Source: Chiloscyllium plagiosum
Lineage: Eukaryota
NCBI RefSeq assembly: GCF_004010195.1
Contig: NC_057719.1
Location: forward strand, 17,842,165-17,906,164
Direction: 5' to 3'
DNA length: 64,000 bases
The stretch's first letter is position 1. Each line of letters begins with the position of its first letter. A program made the position numbers and the translations under genes. Of this stretch, positions 1 to 12,549 are shown in pieces. The notes beneath the pieces were generated by a model. The model did not search any database and was not told the origin of the DNA. It saw nothing but the letters and a program-made list of their open reading frames with translations.

Positions 1-934
1 ATATTTCTTCAGTATTCCCCTAAAAGACTTTGTTCCTGTCTTAATTCCTTCTGATGGCAAAGCAATCAAATATCCTTTGCATAAAACTTTTTTTCCAAGC
101 CACCTTCCTTGCTCTCTTTGTGACCAGTTTAAATTGATGACTCCTTGTTACGGAGGAAAGAGTCTAATATATATTGCCAGCTTTGGTATCACACCACTAA
201 CTTAATGTACAAATTTATATGGAACAACTTGATGGTCTGGAAAATGTTAGGAAACACAACACAGGTAAAATCATTGAGAAAGACCACAGAAAGAACCACC
301 TCACAGGAACACAGCAATGACCCTAAACTTTGGTTGATTGAAGCAGTCAGGTTGTTCATATCTGGCTTCACACCTCCATTGTTTTTTGGTGACTATGCGT
401 TAACTGAGCTGTTTAATGGAAAGCGAAATATATCATTAAAAAAAAACAACATGTTAATAACCCGTTGCTGCTCTGATGGACTCTTTCATTGTAGCCTGAT
501 GAAAAGAAAGCTTATCACTCAGTAGCTAGCCTGTGCCTCTTAATTACTGCAGCACTGACATTTTTATATACTGTGGCTCATAGCCCGCACAGCTGATAGC
601 CCTAATGTGCATGACCATGACAACTGTTCAGCTCAAAACAGAGTACCAAGGCTTGTTTTCTCAATTCATTTCTGGCTGGTTTCTCCCTTCATTCACACTG
701 CTGTTCAAAGGTAGGAGCGTTCTCCTGGATTCCCCAGTAGTGCAGGCATCTCTCTTAGCTGTCCTGTCTCAGCTGTGATGTCCCGGTATTGAATTGCACT
801 GGTGGACAAAAGGTTGGCAGCAGAGCACTTTGGAAGCAAGTAAGATCCAGTGCATTTCGAGAGCCACCTGCCACCTCAAACTGATCTGCCTTCCCACCGT
901 TATAGAACTTGGTGGTTTATTAAAGATCATTAAA

Positions 935-1240
935 AATGGTAGGATCAATGACCGGGGAGGGGGCAGGGGGCATAGGTTTAAGGTAAGAGGGAGAAGGTTT
1001 AGAGTAGATATGAGAAATACAACTTTTCACCTGCAGGGTGGTGGTAATCTGGAACTCGCGACCTATAATGACAAAAACCTTCATCATCTTTAAGAAGTAT
1101 TTAGATGTGCATTTGTGATGCCAGGCCATAGAGCTCTATGGATCAAGTCTGTGGAAAATGAGATTAGAATAATTAGGTGGTTGTTTTTGCCCGACACCGA
1201 CACAATAGGCAGAGGGTCTTTTTCTGTGCTGTAACTCTCT
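935..1240 (+). mobile_element. CR1 LINE 3' fragment (degraded)
   Basis: Translates to GRGHRFKVRGRRFRVDMR, the CR1 ORF2 C-terminal motif also seen at 22735-23304 and 51070-51771. Confidence 0.8.
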
Positions 1241-1254
1241 ATGGCGGATGACTC

Positions 1255-1726
1255 TGTGGCATGGCAGGTTGAGAAAGCAGCTACTAAGGCAAAGGCAAGA
1301 ATTTCATAAATGAGGTCACATCGTACAAAAGCAACAAAGTTACTGATGAACCTGTAAAAAGTACTGGTTTGGCTTCAGATGGAGTCTTTTGCCCGTTTCT
1401 GGACACCATGCGTTAGAAAAGATGTGAGGGTAGAAAAACGATTCATGAGAATGATTCCAGGATTGAGAGACTTCAGCTACATGTATAGATTGGAGAAACT
1501 GGGGGTGTTCTTCTCAGCTAATGAATGGGGTGCTCTAAATCATGAAGGTAGAGTAAATAGGGATGAACTGATCTTATTGCTGGGAGCATCAAGGACTAGA
1601 TGGTACCAATTTAGGGTGATTTGAAAAGAAGAAATGGTGACATGAGTGAAAACCTGTTTGGTTAGGATCTGCGGAGAGTGTGGTAGGTTCATTGTGGCTT
1701 TCAGAAGAGAATTGGGCAACTCCTGA
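1255..1726 (+). mobile_element. CR1 LINE ORF2 C-terminal fragment (degraded)
   Basis: ORF 1379-1624 FWTPCVRKDV..EKRFMRMIPGLRDFSYMYRLEKLG matches the CR1 QFWSP..RRFTRMLPGL..SYEERL motif. Confidence 0.85.
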
Positions 1727-2226
1727 NNNNNNNNNNNNNNNNNNNNNNNNNNNNNNNNNNNNNNNNNNNNNNNNNNNNNNNNNNNNNNNNNNNNNNNNNN
1801 NNNNNNNNNNNNNNNNNNNNNNNNNNNNNNNNNNNNNNNNNNNNNNNNNNNNNNNNNNNNNNNNNNNNNNNNNNNNNNNNNNNNNNNNNNNNNNNNNNNN
1901 NNNNNNNNNNNNNNNNNNNNNNNNNNNNNNNNNNNNNNNNNNNNNNNNNNNNNNNNNNNNNNNNNNNNNNNNNNNNNNNNNNNNNNNNNNNNNNNNNNNN
2001 NNNNNNNNNNNNNNNNNNNNNNNNNNNNNNNNNNNNNNNNNNNNNNNNNNNNNNNNNNNNNNNNNNNNNNNNNNNNNNNNNNNNNNNNNNNNNNNNNNNN
2101 NNNNNNNNNNNNNNNNNNNNNNNNNNNNNNNNNNNNNNNNNNNNNNNNNNNNNNNNNNNNNNNNNNNNNNNNNNNNNNNNNNNNNNNNNNNNNNNNNNNN
2201 NNNNNNNNNNNNNNNNNNNNNNNNNN
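1727..2226. other. Assembly gap (500 N)
   Basis: Run of N. Confidence 1.
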
Positions 2227-2914
2227 TGTTTTACTTCAACTTCTTTTTCCTTTTGTCATCCAGAGAACTCTACTTTTGAATGCCACGTCTTCCACCCTTA
2301 TGTGCCTGAGCTACCTTGCATGTTGAAAGTTGCTCATTTTCATTTTTCCTGCCCAGTCCATCAGTAATGGATTTCATCTCAAATCACTGAATTTAGTTCT
2401 TTTCCAATTAGATAGGAACACATATAGAAATTCCTGCTTCAACTGTCAGACTATCTCCGTGTTAGCCCACAATTTTATGTCCCAAGATTTGAATCAGGTT
2501 CCTCGCCTGATGATGACAAAAGTTATTACTTTAAGTACGGTAGCATCGGGCCAATGAGGGGCCATGGGAGGTTAGGGAGATGCACATGGATTTTATAAGA
2601 GTTCATGGAGTTTGGATAGAAGACTTTAGAAAGTATGGGTGAGCATGGATAGTGCCTAGGGAGGATTTGGGGTTGAGGGGCGTGAGAGCTGGGGATTTAG
2701 TTCATTTTTTACTCTTTGAAACCGAAGCCCCACAGTCATTGAAGCTTTCCGTCCAGCCCACCACAGGAAGTGCAGGTTCCTCTGCATTTCCAGGCTTGCC
2801 TCTTCCAAATCCCACCACACATTGGCCCAACAATGGGAAATGCAGGCAACTATCTTTAAATTCATGGAGCCAGGATTTCTACCATCCCTGCACACCAGAC
2901 ATGGCGAGCTTGGG

Positions 2915-3070
2915 AAGGGCATTTAATGGAGAAAGTGAGGACTGCAGATGCTGGAGATCAGAGCTGAAGAAGGGCTCATGCCCGAAACGTCGATTCTCCT
3001 GCTCCTTGGATGCTGCCTGACCTGCTGCGCTTTTCCAGCAACACATGTTCAGCACAAGGGCATTTAATGG
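2915..3070 (+). mobile_element. Short Penelope-like (family A) fold-back insertion with 15-bp TSD
   Basis: TSD aagggcatttaatgg at 2915-2929 and 3056-3070; the insert is an inverted element 3' end (ggagaaagtgaggactgcagatgctggag) joined to the hammerhead-bearing segment. Confidence 0.8.
2964..2993 (+). ncRNA. Minimal hammerhead ribozyme motif (family A), core intact
   Basis: CTGAAGA-A-GGGC-TCAT-GCCC-GAA-ACGT-C; the 5' strand of stem I was lost at the fold-back junction. Confidence 0.7.
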
Positions 3071-3394
3071 GGTGAGATAGTGGCATATCTGTTTCCTGCC
3101 ATTACCTCTCCCTCCACCTTACACCGCCTCTCCATAAACTCCCAGCTCTAAGCACCTTCCCCCCCGCCCTCAATCTCATAAATCTTGCTTCTTGGTTCTC
3201 CATGATTCTGGGACTCTGGAGTGCTTGATGGTGCTGTTGGGGTCAATCCCTATCTTACCAACTGTCACAAAGCAACATTTCTGCCCCCAGGCTCCTAATT
3301 CCAGCTCATGGCCTACTGGTGGCCTTGCCAATGCCAGATTGGCATTAAATCAAGTGGGTCTTGTCTGGAAGGGCAGTCTGGGATGTGTTGTTGG

Positions 3395-3900
3395 CTCTCC
3401 AGTTGGCTAGATAACTGAATTGTAATGGAAAGTCATGCCAACAGCGTGTGTTCATTTCCCACATGGAGGTTACCGTGAAGGATCCTCCTTTTCAACCTCT
3501 TCCCTCGTCTGAGCCCTGGTGATCCTCAGGTTAAACAACCACATCCTCAGTGATTAGCACTACTGCCTCGCAGCACCAGGGTCCCAGGTTCGATTCTGGC
3601 CTCGGGCGACTGTCTGTGTGGAGTTTGCACGTTCTCCCAGTGTCTGCGTGGGTTTCCTCCGGGTGCTCCAGTTTCCTCCCACAGTCCAAAGATGTGCAGG
3701 CCAGGTGAATTGGCCATGCTAAATTGTTAGGTGCATTAGTAAGAGGAAAATGGGACTAGGTGGGTTACTCTTTGGAGAGTTGGTGTTGACTTGTTGGGCC
3801 GAAGGGCCTGCTTCCACACTGTAGGGAATCTAATCTAATCTAATCTCTTTATAATGAGAGAGCAGCCCTATGGTCTAGTAGGACTATAGCAACTTTACAG
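3395..3900 (+). mobile_element. Old tRNA-derived SINE (unnamed), interrupted by an HE1 SINE
   Basis: Colinear with the copy at 36740-37190 (gccaacagcgtgtgttcatttccca...ggtgatcctcaggtta...gagagagcagccctatggtct...actttac). Confidence 0.5.
3548..3846 (+). mobile_element. HE1-type V-SINE
   Basis: tRNA-like head with B box ggttcgattc, V domain gtggagtttgcacgttctccc..gtgtctgcgtgggtttcctccgggtgctcc, CR1-derived tail gggccgaagggcctg and (taatc)n end. Confidence 0.9.
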
Positions 3901-4654
3901 AAATTATTGACTGATATTTCATTTAAAAGATACTTAAGCTATCAACATCCAGCTCTAATTTTCTATCCTGAACTTACTTGGCAATGAATGTACAAAAAAA
4001 CAGTAATTTCTCAGAATTGGTTGGAGCAAACGTTTCTATGCCCCGTGAAGCTAATAGTGGGAATGTGTAGTGTCTTGTGGCAATTAGCAATTCAAGAAGT
4101 GTCCCTTCCTGACCATAGTGAGCCCTCCCTTTTTCATAACAGCAAAGTCTAAGCCATCAGTTTCTATTGAAGGTACAGCAACATGGTAAGCCCTCACAGC
4201 CATCAATACACTCTCAGTGAGATGCTTATTTTGCTTTCCTTTGTCACGTTCATGGTTTCTTTTGTTATTTTGCATAATTTTCCTTTCTCTTTCGTCAGGG
4301 GACTCTATAAAACTAGTCACAGACAGTACTGGAAGTTGACCCTTGATCTGTAGAATGCAGATCTCCCAGACCAATGACCAACAGAGATTCCCAGAAACAT
4401 AAGAGGCAGCTTTGGTTCTGTTCCACAGCTGTAAGGTTTGACCGCAAGTTATCAGCGCCTTTCCTGATTTGGGACACTGTGATAAATCTGTGTTTTAAAA
4501 CAATACTTTGATTCCTAAAAATAAGACCATGGCATTTGACCCGATTTTTTTTTTTCTTTCACTCGTAGGTTGGCCAATCTCCTTCTTGGAAAGGCCACAA
4601 ATGAATATGAATATATTCCAGATTGAGATTGAAACCTCACTGGCTTGCTTTTGG

Positions 4655-5108
4655 TTTGGACACGCCAGACAAAGAATTTATAGAAAAAGTTTCCAGTGTG
4701 ATGTAAGTAAAATTATATATTGAAAAAGACCCGACTGTTTGTCAAGTCTCTCGTCTTTTAGAATGACCATGTGGCACAGACAGCCTCACAGGGAGTTAAC
4801 ACCTTCAATACCTTATCTGGGCCGAAATGACACCAATTGTTAAAGTGCACTTGAGAATGTAACTTTTAAAAACAGTTTTGCGATTTATGTATGAAAGAAC
4901 TGATACCAATATGGTCATTCTAAAAGATGAGAGACTTAACAAACAATCGGGTCTTTTTCAATATACAATTTCAATTACATCACACCGGAAACTTTTGCTG
5001 TAAATTCAGTGTCTGGCAATCTTATTCTCCACAATCACCTGATGAAGGAGCAGCGCTCTGAAAGCTAATGCTTCCAAATAAATCTGTTGGACTATAACCT
5101 GGTGTTGT
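4655..5108 (+). mobile_element. Penelope-like (family B) 3' fragment with 5' inverted duplication
   Basis: 4659-4772 is the reverse complement of ~4911-5018; ends in a hammerhead motif and the ctgttggactataacctggtgttgt tail shared with the copies at 37291 and 58630. Confidence 0.75.
5036..5070 (+). ncRNA. Minimal hammerhead ribozyme motif (family B)
   Basis: cac-CTGATGA-A-GGAGC-AGC-GCTCT-GAA-AGCT-A-atg; one stem I mismatch relative to the 58734 copy. Confidence 0.65.
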
Positions 5109-5124
5109 ATAATCAAAATCATAG

Positions 5125-6150
5125 ACAGCATCCTTTTCACTTGTGATCACAGTAACTCTTCTTCATAATTTTTTGGATCTCTCTGTAACCTTTGCCATGA
5201 TTGACCACTTCATACTTGTCCAGTGTCTCCACTCAATCTGACTGCACTCGCTCCATTCTATTTTTATCTATCCGGCTATAGTCAGAGAAACTCCTGCAAT
5301 AGTTTCTATACCTGCTTGTGTACCATTACTTCTAGAGTCTCTCAGTTTGCTTCATCTGAATATTAGAAAGACCGAAAACATTGTCTTCTGTCCATGCTGC
5401 AAATGTTATTCTTTAGCTACTGACAACATCCCCCTCCCTCATCACTCTCTGCAGTTGAGTTAGATTGTTCATAATCGCAGCATCCTTTAAGAGCCAGAGC
5501 TGAGGTCCTGACCTCTCTCTACCAAGATTACCTACTTTCAGCTCTAGAACTCTACTCATCTCTGCTCCTGTTTCAGTCTAACTGCTGTTGAAACACTCAA
5601 CTTTGCGGTTACCCCCCCCCCCCGCCTCCTCCGATTCCAATACTCTCCTGCTCAACTGCTTATCTTTCATCATAAATACACTTGAGCTCATCCCCATACC
5701 TCTCCTGCACACTGACTCTTTACAACTCTCAATCATCCATTGCTTCTCCATCTCCTGACCTGCTTTGGTACTTGGCATGGCAACAACTAAAAGTATAACT
5801 TCACATTCTAGGATTCAATCTCTCATGATATTTCTATAATCTACTCTAGTCCAAATATTCTCGCAGATCTTTGCATTTCTTCATTCCAGCTTCCCATGAA
5901 TACCCATTTTCATTGTTTTATCATTGGTAGCCATGCATAGAACTGTATAGCCCACAATTTGGGAGTTTCCTGCCTAAATTTCTTTACCTTTATCACACTC
6001 TCCCTCTGGCTTTAACATATTCTTTAAAATTTATCCCAGTCACTAAACTCTGGTTATGTGTCCTGATACCCTTGACATCGAACATTCTTGTGAAGTACCC
6101 TGGGGCAATTTGCTACAGATAAGGTACTATTTAATTTGTGGTTGTTACTG
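5125..6150 (+). mobile_element. L2 LINE fragment (highly degraded)
   Basis: C/T-rich L2-like RT and C-terminal relics, plus an L2-type tail ttgtgaagtaccctgggg...aggtactatttaatttgtggttgttactgctg. Confidence 0.55.
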
Positions 6151-6174
6151 CTGATGTTATCCAAGGATCATAGA

Positions 6175-6300
6175 TAATCACTGGTTATGATGGTATGCAG
6201 GGATGGTGACCATCATTGCTGGTGGCACACAGGAATGGTGACCATCACAGATGATGGTACACAGGAATTGTAGCCATCACTAGTGGTGCTATACAAAGAT
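6175..6300. repeat. Short tandem array, ~32-bp unit, ~4 copies
   Basis: ggaatggtgaccatcacagatgatggtacaca-like units; ggtgac recurs at 6205 and 6237. Confidence 0.7.
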
Positions 6301-6589
6301 AATGTTCATTGGTTTAGCTACACATCAATTTCCTGACCATCTCTCATTCATGTTTGGATAATATTAGATTGCACAATAACCTATGATGTTAGAGAAGCCA
6401 GTGGCACTTATAAGAGGAAAAGGTGTATCATGAATTTGACAGGTACCATGTTGAGAGGAAGATAGGGGAAACATGTAGAGATACGATTCAAGTTTCAGTT
6501 GGCAGTTAGCAACATCTTTCAGCCTGACAATGTACAACACTGATTCAACAAATGGTAGTTAACTCCTCATTTGAACTCTGAACATAAGG

Positions 6590-6940
6590 GAAAAGAAAGA
6601 CTTGTGTCAATTTTGAGTTTTTCAATATATCTCCCAATCAAGGAAATCTTTTTGAAATGTAATGACTAATGTCATGTAGAAAGCACAGCAGCTAATACAT
6701 GTGGACCAATCTCCTCCAGATGGCAATGCTATACTGACCAGGTAATCTCTCGTTTTCCATTTGGTGATTTGGTTTAATGGTAAATGTTGACCTGGAGACT
6801 GAGGAAAATTCTTTTGGTCTTCTTCAAAATAATGTAATGGAATCTTTTTCATTCACCAGAGCAGAGAGACAAGGCCTTGGTTTATCTGATGTCTTATCTG
6901 AAAGATGGCAACTCAAACTCAGTACTGTTTTAGAGTAGAA
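6590..6940 (-). mobile_element. SacSINE1-like DeuSINE (degraded)
   Basis: Reverse complement of the Deu-domain SINE body (cttcttcaaaataatg..atggaatcttt..tcttatctgaaagatggca) and tail aaagaaagacttg. Confidence 0.65.
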
Positions 6941-7809
6941 GACCATCTTACCAATCCCTTTAGTTGAGTGATTCAGGTTTTACATAATGTGGGCCTTATT
7001 GTTAGTGCTGAACCATAAGTTCCTCAGCAGAAACTGATATCTACAGGAAAATCTACTGGCAATGTTGGTTTGGTCCGGGTCTCCTTCTCTCCCTTGCTTG
7101 ATGACATCCCAAATGGCACTTCCAATACCTGACTTATCCCTCCACCACCTTCTTCATCACTAAATAAAGTAACACTGGTAGAAGCCTAAGAGAAAGATGG
7201 AAGCTGAAGTATTGGAGAAGTTCACAGTGAGCAGGGCTGGGGTTCAGCGCTGAGTATGGAACCTAAATTTCCACCACGAAAGGTTCAAAAGGATTATTAC
7301 AATCACCTTGACTTCATTCAATATGAATAAAAAGCAGTTTAAATAATCAATCCCTTTCTGTACATATTCTCAACATTTTGAAGTATTTTGATGATAAAAC
7401 GTCCGTGCCTCAGGGTAATTGTCAGTTGCATGTAGAATGTGTAAGAGCATCCTGTTAGGCCTGAACTCAACTATGGCATAAAATTCTAAACATACATAAA
7501 TGCACGCGCATTTGAATATATTATGCATCAAATAAACTATGTTAGTTCAGAAAGGCACAATCTATCTCATTAGCTTCTTCTTGCAGATAGTTATATTAGT
7601 AACAGATCAATCTTAAATGAATGTCTACCAAGTTGGATGATTCATTATTTATTATCTGGATCCTTTTAACCCAAGGTGTGAAATAAAATGAAACACTCGG
7701 CTCCTAAAATTAAATGCAGACTCCTAGGTATTTCCAAAGCAAAATGTTAACAACAGCCAACATTACACAATGGTGTTGGTGTTGGCAAAGTGCAGGTAAC
7801 TACCTTGCC

Positions 7810-8222
7810 TGATCCATAGGGTTGTAATTTGAAGTTTCCCTACATGGACCTCAGCACAAACTCTCAACTAACATTCCAATGCAAGACAAAGGATGTTTCT
7901 GCACTATCAGAAGTTCTACCCTTCAGATTACATGTTAAACCTAGGAACTTTCCACCCTCTCCAGTGCACACAAACTAACCTGATGCACTTTTCTACAAAA
8001 ACAGCAGGTAAGTTCTTCTAGTTATTTTCTTTCACCTCAAATCAACAGATTAACTAGCTCAACCAAAAACAGATTATTTCAAAGCTGTTTGCAAGACCCG
8101 GTTATATAAAGATTGGCTGCTGCATTTCCGACATGTGTCGATTCAATAATGTACCATTTGCTACAAACATCATTTGCATCACCCATAGGGTGTGAAGGGT
8201 ACACATGCAGTAATTCTTTCTT
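7810..8222 (+). mobile_element. SacSINE1-like DeuSINE (degraded)
   Basis: tgcactatcagaag...atgttaaacc...aaaacagattat...attggctgctgcatttcc...tctttctt, colinear with the other copies in the window. Confidence 0.6.
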
Positions 8223-8339
8223 AAGGGTGTATAACGTCTAAATTTCTCCTTCACCCTGGATGGTTTCAAGTGCATCAGGCAATTGGCAGAAAATTGTCTC
8301 AATAAAGCTATTAGCCAGCATGCAAAGATGAAAAAGTCA

Positions 8340-10445
8340 TCCACCTGTACACATGTTACAAATGAGATTGGAAAAATAATGGTAGGTATTTTCAGACAGA
8401 GAGAATAATTACTACTGCGTGCTGAACAGAATGTAATTTGGGGAGATAGATCGATCTGGATTACATAAACTGGAAAACTGGAAAAATCAGATTGCTAGCT
8501 TGATGATGGTGGTTTGGATGAAGAGTCCTTAAGAGACTGTTTCTAAGTGCAGCACATTCTGGAACCAATCAGTGAGAAGACTATATTAGGTTTGATGTTG
8601 TGTACTGAGGCAGAATTAAGGAATGAACTCTGAGTAAAGGCATCTCTAGGCAGCAGTGACGACAATATAATTGGATTTACATTTTGAATGGGAGAAGAGC
8701 AGGTGTTAGACTAGTGTTTTAAACATAAATAAGGGCAATTGTGAAGACATGGAAGTTGAGCTAGCTGAAGTGACCTGAAGTACTGGGCTAGAGAACAAAT
8801 CAGTAGCAAAGCAATTTAGGGACACATTTATTTCAGAATGCTCAGAATAAGTATATTCCTACAGGAAAGAGAAAAAATATTCAAGAGAGGGCCGACTATA
8901 CAAAGGAGTGAAGGAAAGTATCAACTTTGAGGACCAAGCATATAATTGTGTGAAGGTGAGTAGCGAGTTAGAGTATAAAGAATAGCAGAGAATGTCGCAA
9001 AGATGAATCAAGAGGAAGAATTTAGAGTATAAGAAAACAAAAACCTAGTTGGAGATGTCAAAATATATAAACAAAATTTCTCCAGGTAATTAAAAAAGAA
9101 AAGTGAAGCAAGTGAGTCTAGGTTTTCTAGAGGGTGAGAATGGGAGGATGTGATGAATAAGTGTTTGAGTTCTGTTTCCACTATAGCGGATACAAAAAAA
9201 CATCCTAATAATAGCTGTACATCAGAAGCTGGAAGTAAGGAAGGAACTTGATGAAATTACAATAATGAGAGAAAAAGTACTAAGAGAAAAGGTTGTGGGA
9301 TGATAGCTCAGGTCCCAATGGAATTCAACTAAGATCTCAATAGCCACTACTTATAAAGTGGTAGATGATTTGGTGATAATTTTCCAAAATTTGCTAGATT
9401 CTGGAAGTGTACTATCTGACTGGAAAGTATTAAATGTAACCACACTATGCAAGAAGGAAGTGAGGCAGAAAACAGGAAAGTATGGACCAGCTAGCTGAGG
9501 ACTTGTGTGGGGAAGGTGTTAGTTTTGATCATTAAGCAGGTTATTGCTGGGCGGTTAGAAAGAACTGAGCTAATCAGGAAAAATCAACATGGTTTTGTGG
9601 AAGGCAAATATATTGAACCAATTTATTGGAGTTCTTTGGAGGAATAACATAAGCTGTTAATATGGAAAAGCCCGTTGATGGATTGTACTTGAATTTCCAG
9701 AAGGCATTTGACAAGGAGCCACATATAAAGCCATGTGCAAAGTAAAAGTGCATGGTGTAGGGGTAACACACTCACATGGATAGAAGTTTAGCTGGCTGGC
9801 TGGTAGAGAACAAAAACTGTGCACAAATTACTCTTTTTCTGTCTGGCAGGATAGAACAGAATCCCTGCAGTGTGGAAACAGGTCCTTCGGCCCAAGCCCA
9901 CACCAACCCTCTGAAGAGTAACCTACCCAGACCCATTCCCCTACCCTATTAGTATACATTTTATCCCTGACTAATGCACCTAACCTACACATCCCTGAAC
10001 ACTACAGGCAATTTCGCATGGCCAATTCACCCAACCTGCACATCTTTGGATTGTGGGAGGAGACCGGAGTACCCAGAGAAAGCCCACACAGACATGAGGA
10101 GAACGTGCAAACTCCACACAGACAGTTGCCCGAGGCTGGAATCAAACCAGGGTCCCTGGTGCTGTAAGGCAGCAGTGCTAACCACTGAGCCACCAAGCCA
10201 CCCAAATGAAAGTGGAGTCCCATAAGGTTTGTGCTGGGATCTCAACCTTTCCAATTTATACTATTCACTTAGAAGAGGGAGGGAAGAGGGCTAAATTTGC
10301 AGACGATACAAAGATTGATAGGAAAGCATATCATGTAGAAGATATAACAAAGTTGCAGACTAATGTAGATAAGTTGAATCGATGGGCAAAACTCTGGCAG
10401 ATGGATTACAATGTGGAAAAATGTGAAGTTGTTCACTTTTATTGA
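8340..10445 (+). mobile_element. Old CR1 LINE ORF2 fragment (endonuclease to RT), interrupted by HE1 SINE
   Basis: Relics of QHGF..EFFGGIT, LYLNFQKAFDK and KFADDTKI..WAKLWQMDYNVEKCEVVHF (ORF 10206-10445). Confidence 0.85.
9856..10203 (-). mobile_element. HE1-type V-SINE, near full length
   Basis: Reverse complement begins gggtggcttggtggctcagtggttagcactgctgcc and contains the V domain and CR1-derived tail. Confidence 0.9.
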
Positions 10446-10949
10446 CTGCTGGGAGTAAGAGGGATAGATTTTGTCTTAGAACATTGCAAGTTGTGTTTTT
10501 ATTGAGCTGTCATAAATGTATAGTACCTTGCTGAGATCTGTACAACAATACAACATTCCCTTTGAGGAATGGGGAACCTGTTCTTTAAAAAGATACATAC
10601 AATGGTTACATCAGTACATTACCTTTAAGCATTAAGACAATACTTTGGTGGCCGTTCAGCACAATAGTCCTAGTCCTATACGTAATCACAACTTGGCTGT
10701 GCAAGTTCATTTTGCAATGTGCCATCTGTTGGTGTGGGTGGACACTTATCAAGAATCAGAGACACATGGCTGTTGTCTTATATGGTGTTTTCAGTGTCTC
10801 AGTCATTATCTTGTGTGATGGATGGTTCATCATGTACAACCTGGATGTATTATTTGTTCTATTTTATGATTTGACCATTGTTTGTGTCGATGTCTGTTGA
10901 CCTGTACTAGACATCCCATGTAAGGGAAGATGACAGCCAATTGGGATTA

Positions 10950-11285
10950 TTGCTGGACTATTAATCTAAAGATTAATATTCTGGGGTAACATTCTGGGGA
11001 CCAGGATTCAAATACTGCCATGGCAAATAGTGGCATTTGAAGTGAATAAAAATCTGGAATTAAGAGTCTAATGGTGATCATGAATCCATTGTTGGAAAAA
11101 TTCATCTGGTTTACCAATATTCTTTGGGGGGGATCAAAGAGGCATTCTTATCTGGTCTGGCCTACATGTGACTCCAGCCCCACCGCAATGTGGTTGACTC
11201 TTAACTTCTCTCTGGGCAATTAGGGATGGGCAATAAATGCTGGCCTAACCAATGATGCTCCCATCCCATAAATGAATATAAAAAA
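10950..11285 (+). mobile_element. tRNA-derived shark SINE (unnamed) with gggcaataaatgctggcc tail
   Basis: B-box-like ggattcaaatac; a colinear reverse copy lies at 28190-28700; A-rich end. Confidence 0.7.
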
Positions 11286-11442
11286 TGCAACATATTTTCA
11301 TAAGACATAGTCATGGATTTAGTAAAGGGAGGTCATGCCTGACAAACCTGTTGGAATTTTTTGAAGAGGTAACAAGTAGGTTAGACCAGGGAAACCCAGT
11401 GGGTGTGGTCTATCTAGACTTTCAAAAGGCCTTTGATAAGGT

Positions 11443-11776
11443 NNNNNNNNNNNNNNNNNNNNNNNNNNNNNNNNNNNNNNNNNNNNNNNNNNNNNNNNNN
11501 NNNNNNNNNNNNNNNNNNNNNNNNNNNNNNNNNNNNNNNNNNNNNNNNNNNNNNNNNNNNNNNNNNNNNNNNNNNNNNNNNNNNNNNNNNNNNNNNNNNN
11601 NNNNNNNNNNNNNNNNNNNNNNNNNNNNNNNNNNNNNNNNNNNNNNNNNNNNNNNNNNNNNNNNNNNNNNNNNNNNNNNNNNNNNNNNNNNNNNNNNNNN
11701 NNNNNNNNNNNNNNNNNNNNNNNNNNNNNNNNNNNNNNNNNNNNNNNNNNNNNNNNNNNNNNNNNNNNNNNNNNNN
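11443..11776. other. Assembly gap (334 N)
   Basis: Run of N. Confidence 1.
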
Positions 11777-11930
11777 GAGTGTAAAACTCACTGAGCTCGG
11801 GGAGTGAGTGTAAAACACACTGAGCTGGGGGAGTGAGTATAAAACTCAGTGAGCTCAGGGAGTGAGTGTAAAACTCACTGAGCTCGGGGAGTGAGTGTAA
11901 AACCCACTGAGCTTGGGGAGTGAGTGTAAT
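11777..11930. repeat. Minisatellite, 29-bp unit, ~5 copies
   Basis: gagtgtaaaactcactgagctcggggagt repeated, abutting the gap. Confidence 0.9.
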
Positions 11931-12549
11931 GACAGGTCTAACATATGAGGAATGGCTGAGGATACTGGGATTGTATTCGTTGGAGTTTAGAAGATTAAGG
12001 GGAGACTTAATAGAGGCGTACAAAATAATACATGGCTTGGAAAAGGTGGATGCTAGGAAATTGTTTCAGTTAAACGAGGAGACTAGGACCCGTGGACACA
12101 GCTTTAGAATTAGAGGGGGTCATTTCAGAACAGAAATGCGGAGATATTTCTTCAGCCAGAGAGTGGTGGGCCTGTGGTATTCATTGCCACGGAGTGCAGT
12201 GGAAGCCGGGATGCTAAATGTCTTCAAGGCCGAGATTGATAGATTCTTGTTGTCTCGAGGAATTAAGGGCTACGGGGAGAACGCTGGTAAGTGGAGCTGA
12301 AATGCGCATCAGCCATGATTGAATGGCGGAGTGGACTTGATGGGCCGAATGGCCTTACTTCCACTCCTATGTCTTATGGTCTTATTGTCTTATGGAGACA
12401 TACATAGTATTGTTTTAAAGTAAAAGCTATTGCACTTATTTCCTAATAAAATTAGGAATGGTTTGCATTGGCTTGTGTTCATAGTGATGTGACTGTTCCG
12501 GTGCTATGGCACACTTGGAGAAATTCATTCATAACTTTCTGGTTGGAGT

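Larger units (their letters stand above)
11295..12395 (+). mobile_element. Young CR1 LINE 3' portion spanning a gap
   Basis: [32 protein letters not shown] before the gap, LTYEEWLRILGLYSLEFRRLRGDLIE after it; (tcttatgg)n tail. Confidence 0.92.

Noticed and set aside
145..525. 126-aa ORF
   Set aside because: No recognisable protein similarity or splice context; likely a chance ORF.
497..560. CTGATGA-AAA-GAAAGCTT, as a hammerhead or C/D-box snoRNA
   Set aside because: No stem II or stem I, and no convincing terminal stem for a snoRNA.
1050..1080. V(D)J recombination nonamer ACAAAAACC and scattered CACAGTG heptamers
   Set aside because: No correctly spaced heptamer-nonamer pair was found, and no Ig/TCR segments.
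1680..2279. Long ORFs spanning N runs (also 11285-12023 and 21466-21714)
   Set aside because: Artefacts of translating through assembly gaps.
3548..3620. tRNA-like A/B boxes as tRNA genes
   Set aside because: They are SINE heads followed by SINE bodies, with no complete cloverleaf.
4299..4430. Exon-like segment with a strong acceptor (ttcctttctctttcgtcag) and donor (gtaagg)
   Set aside because: Stop codons in all three frames; no support as a coding exon.
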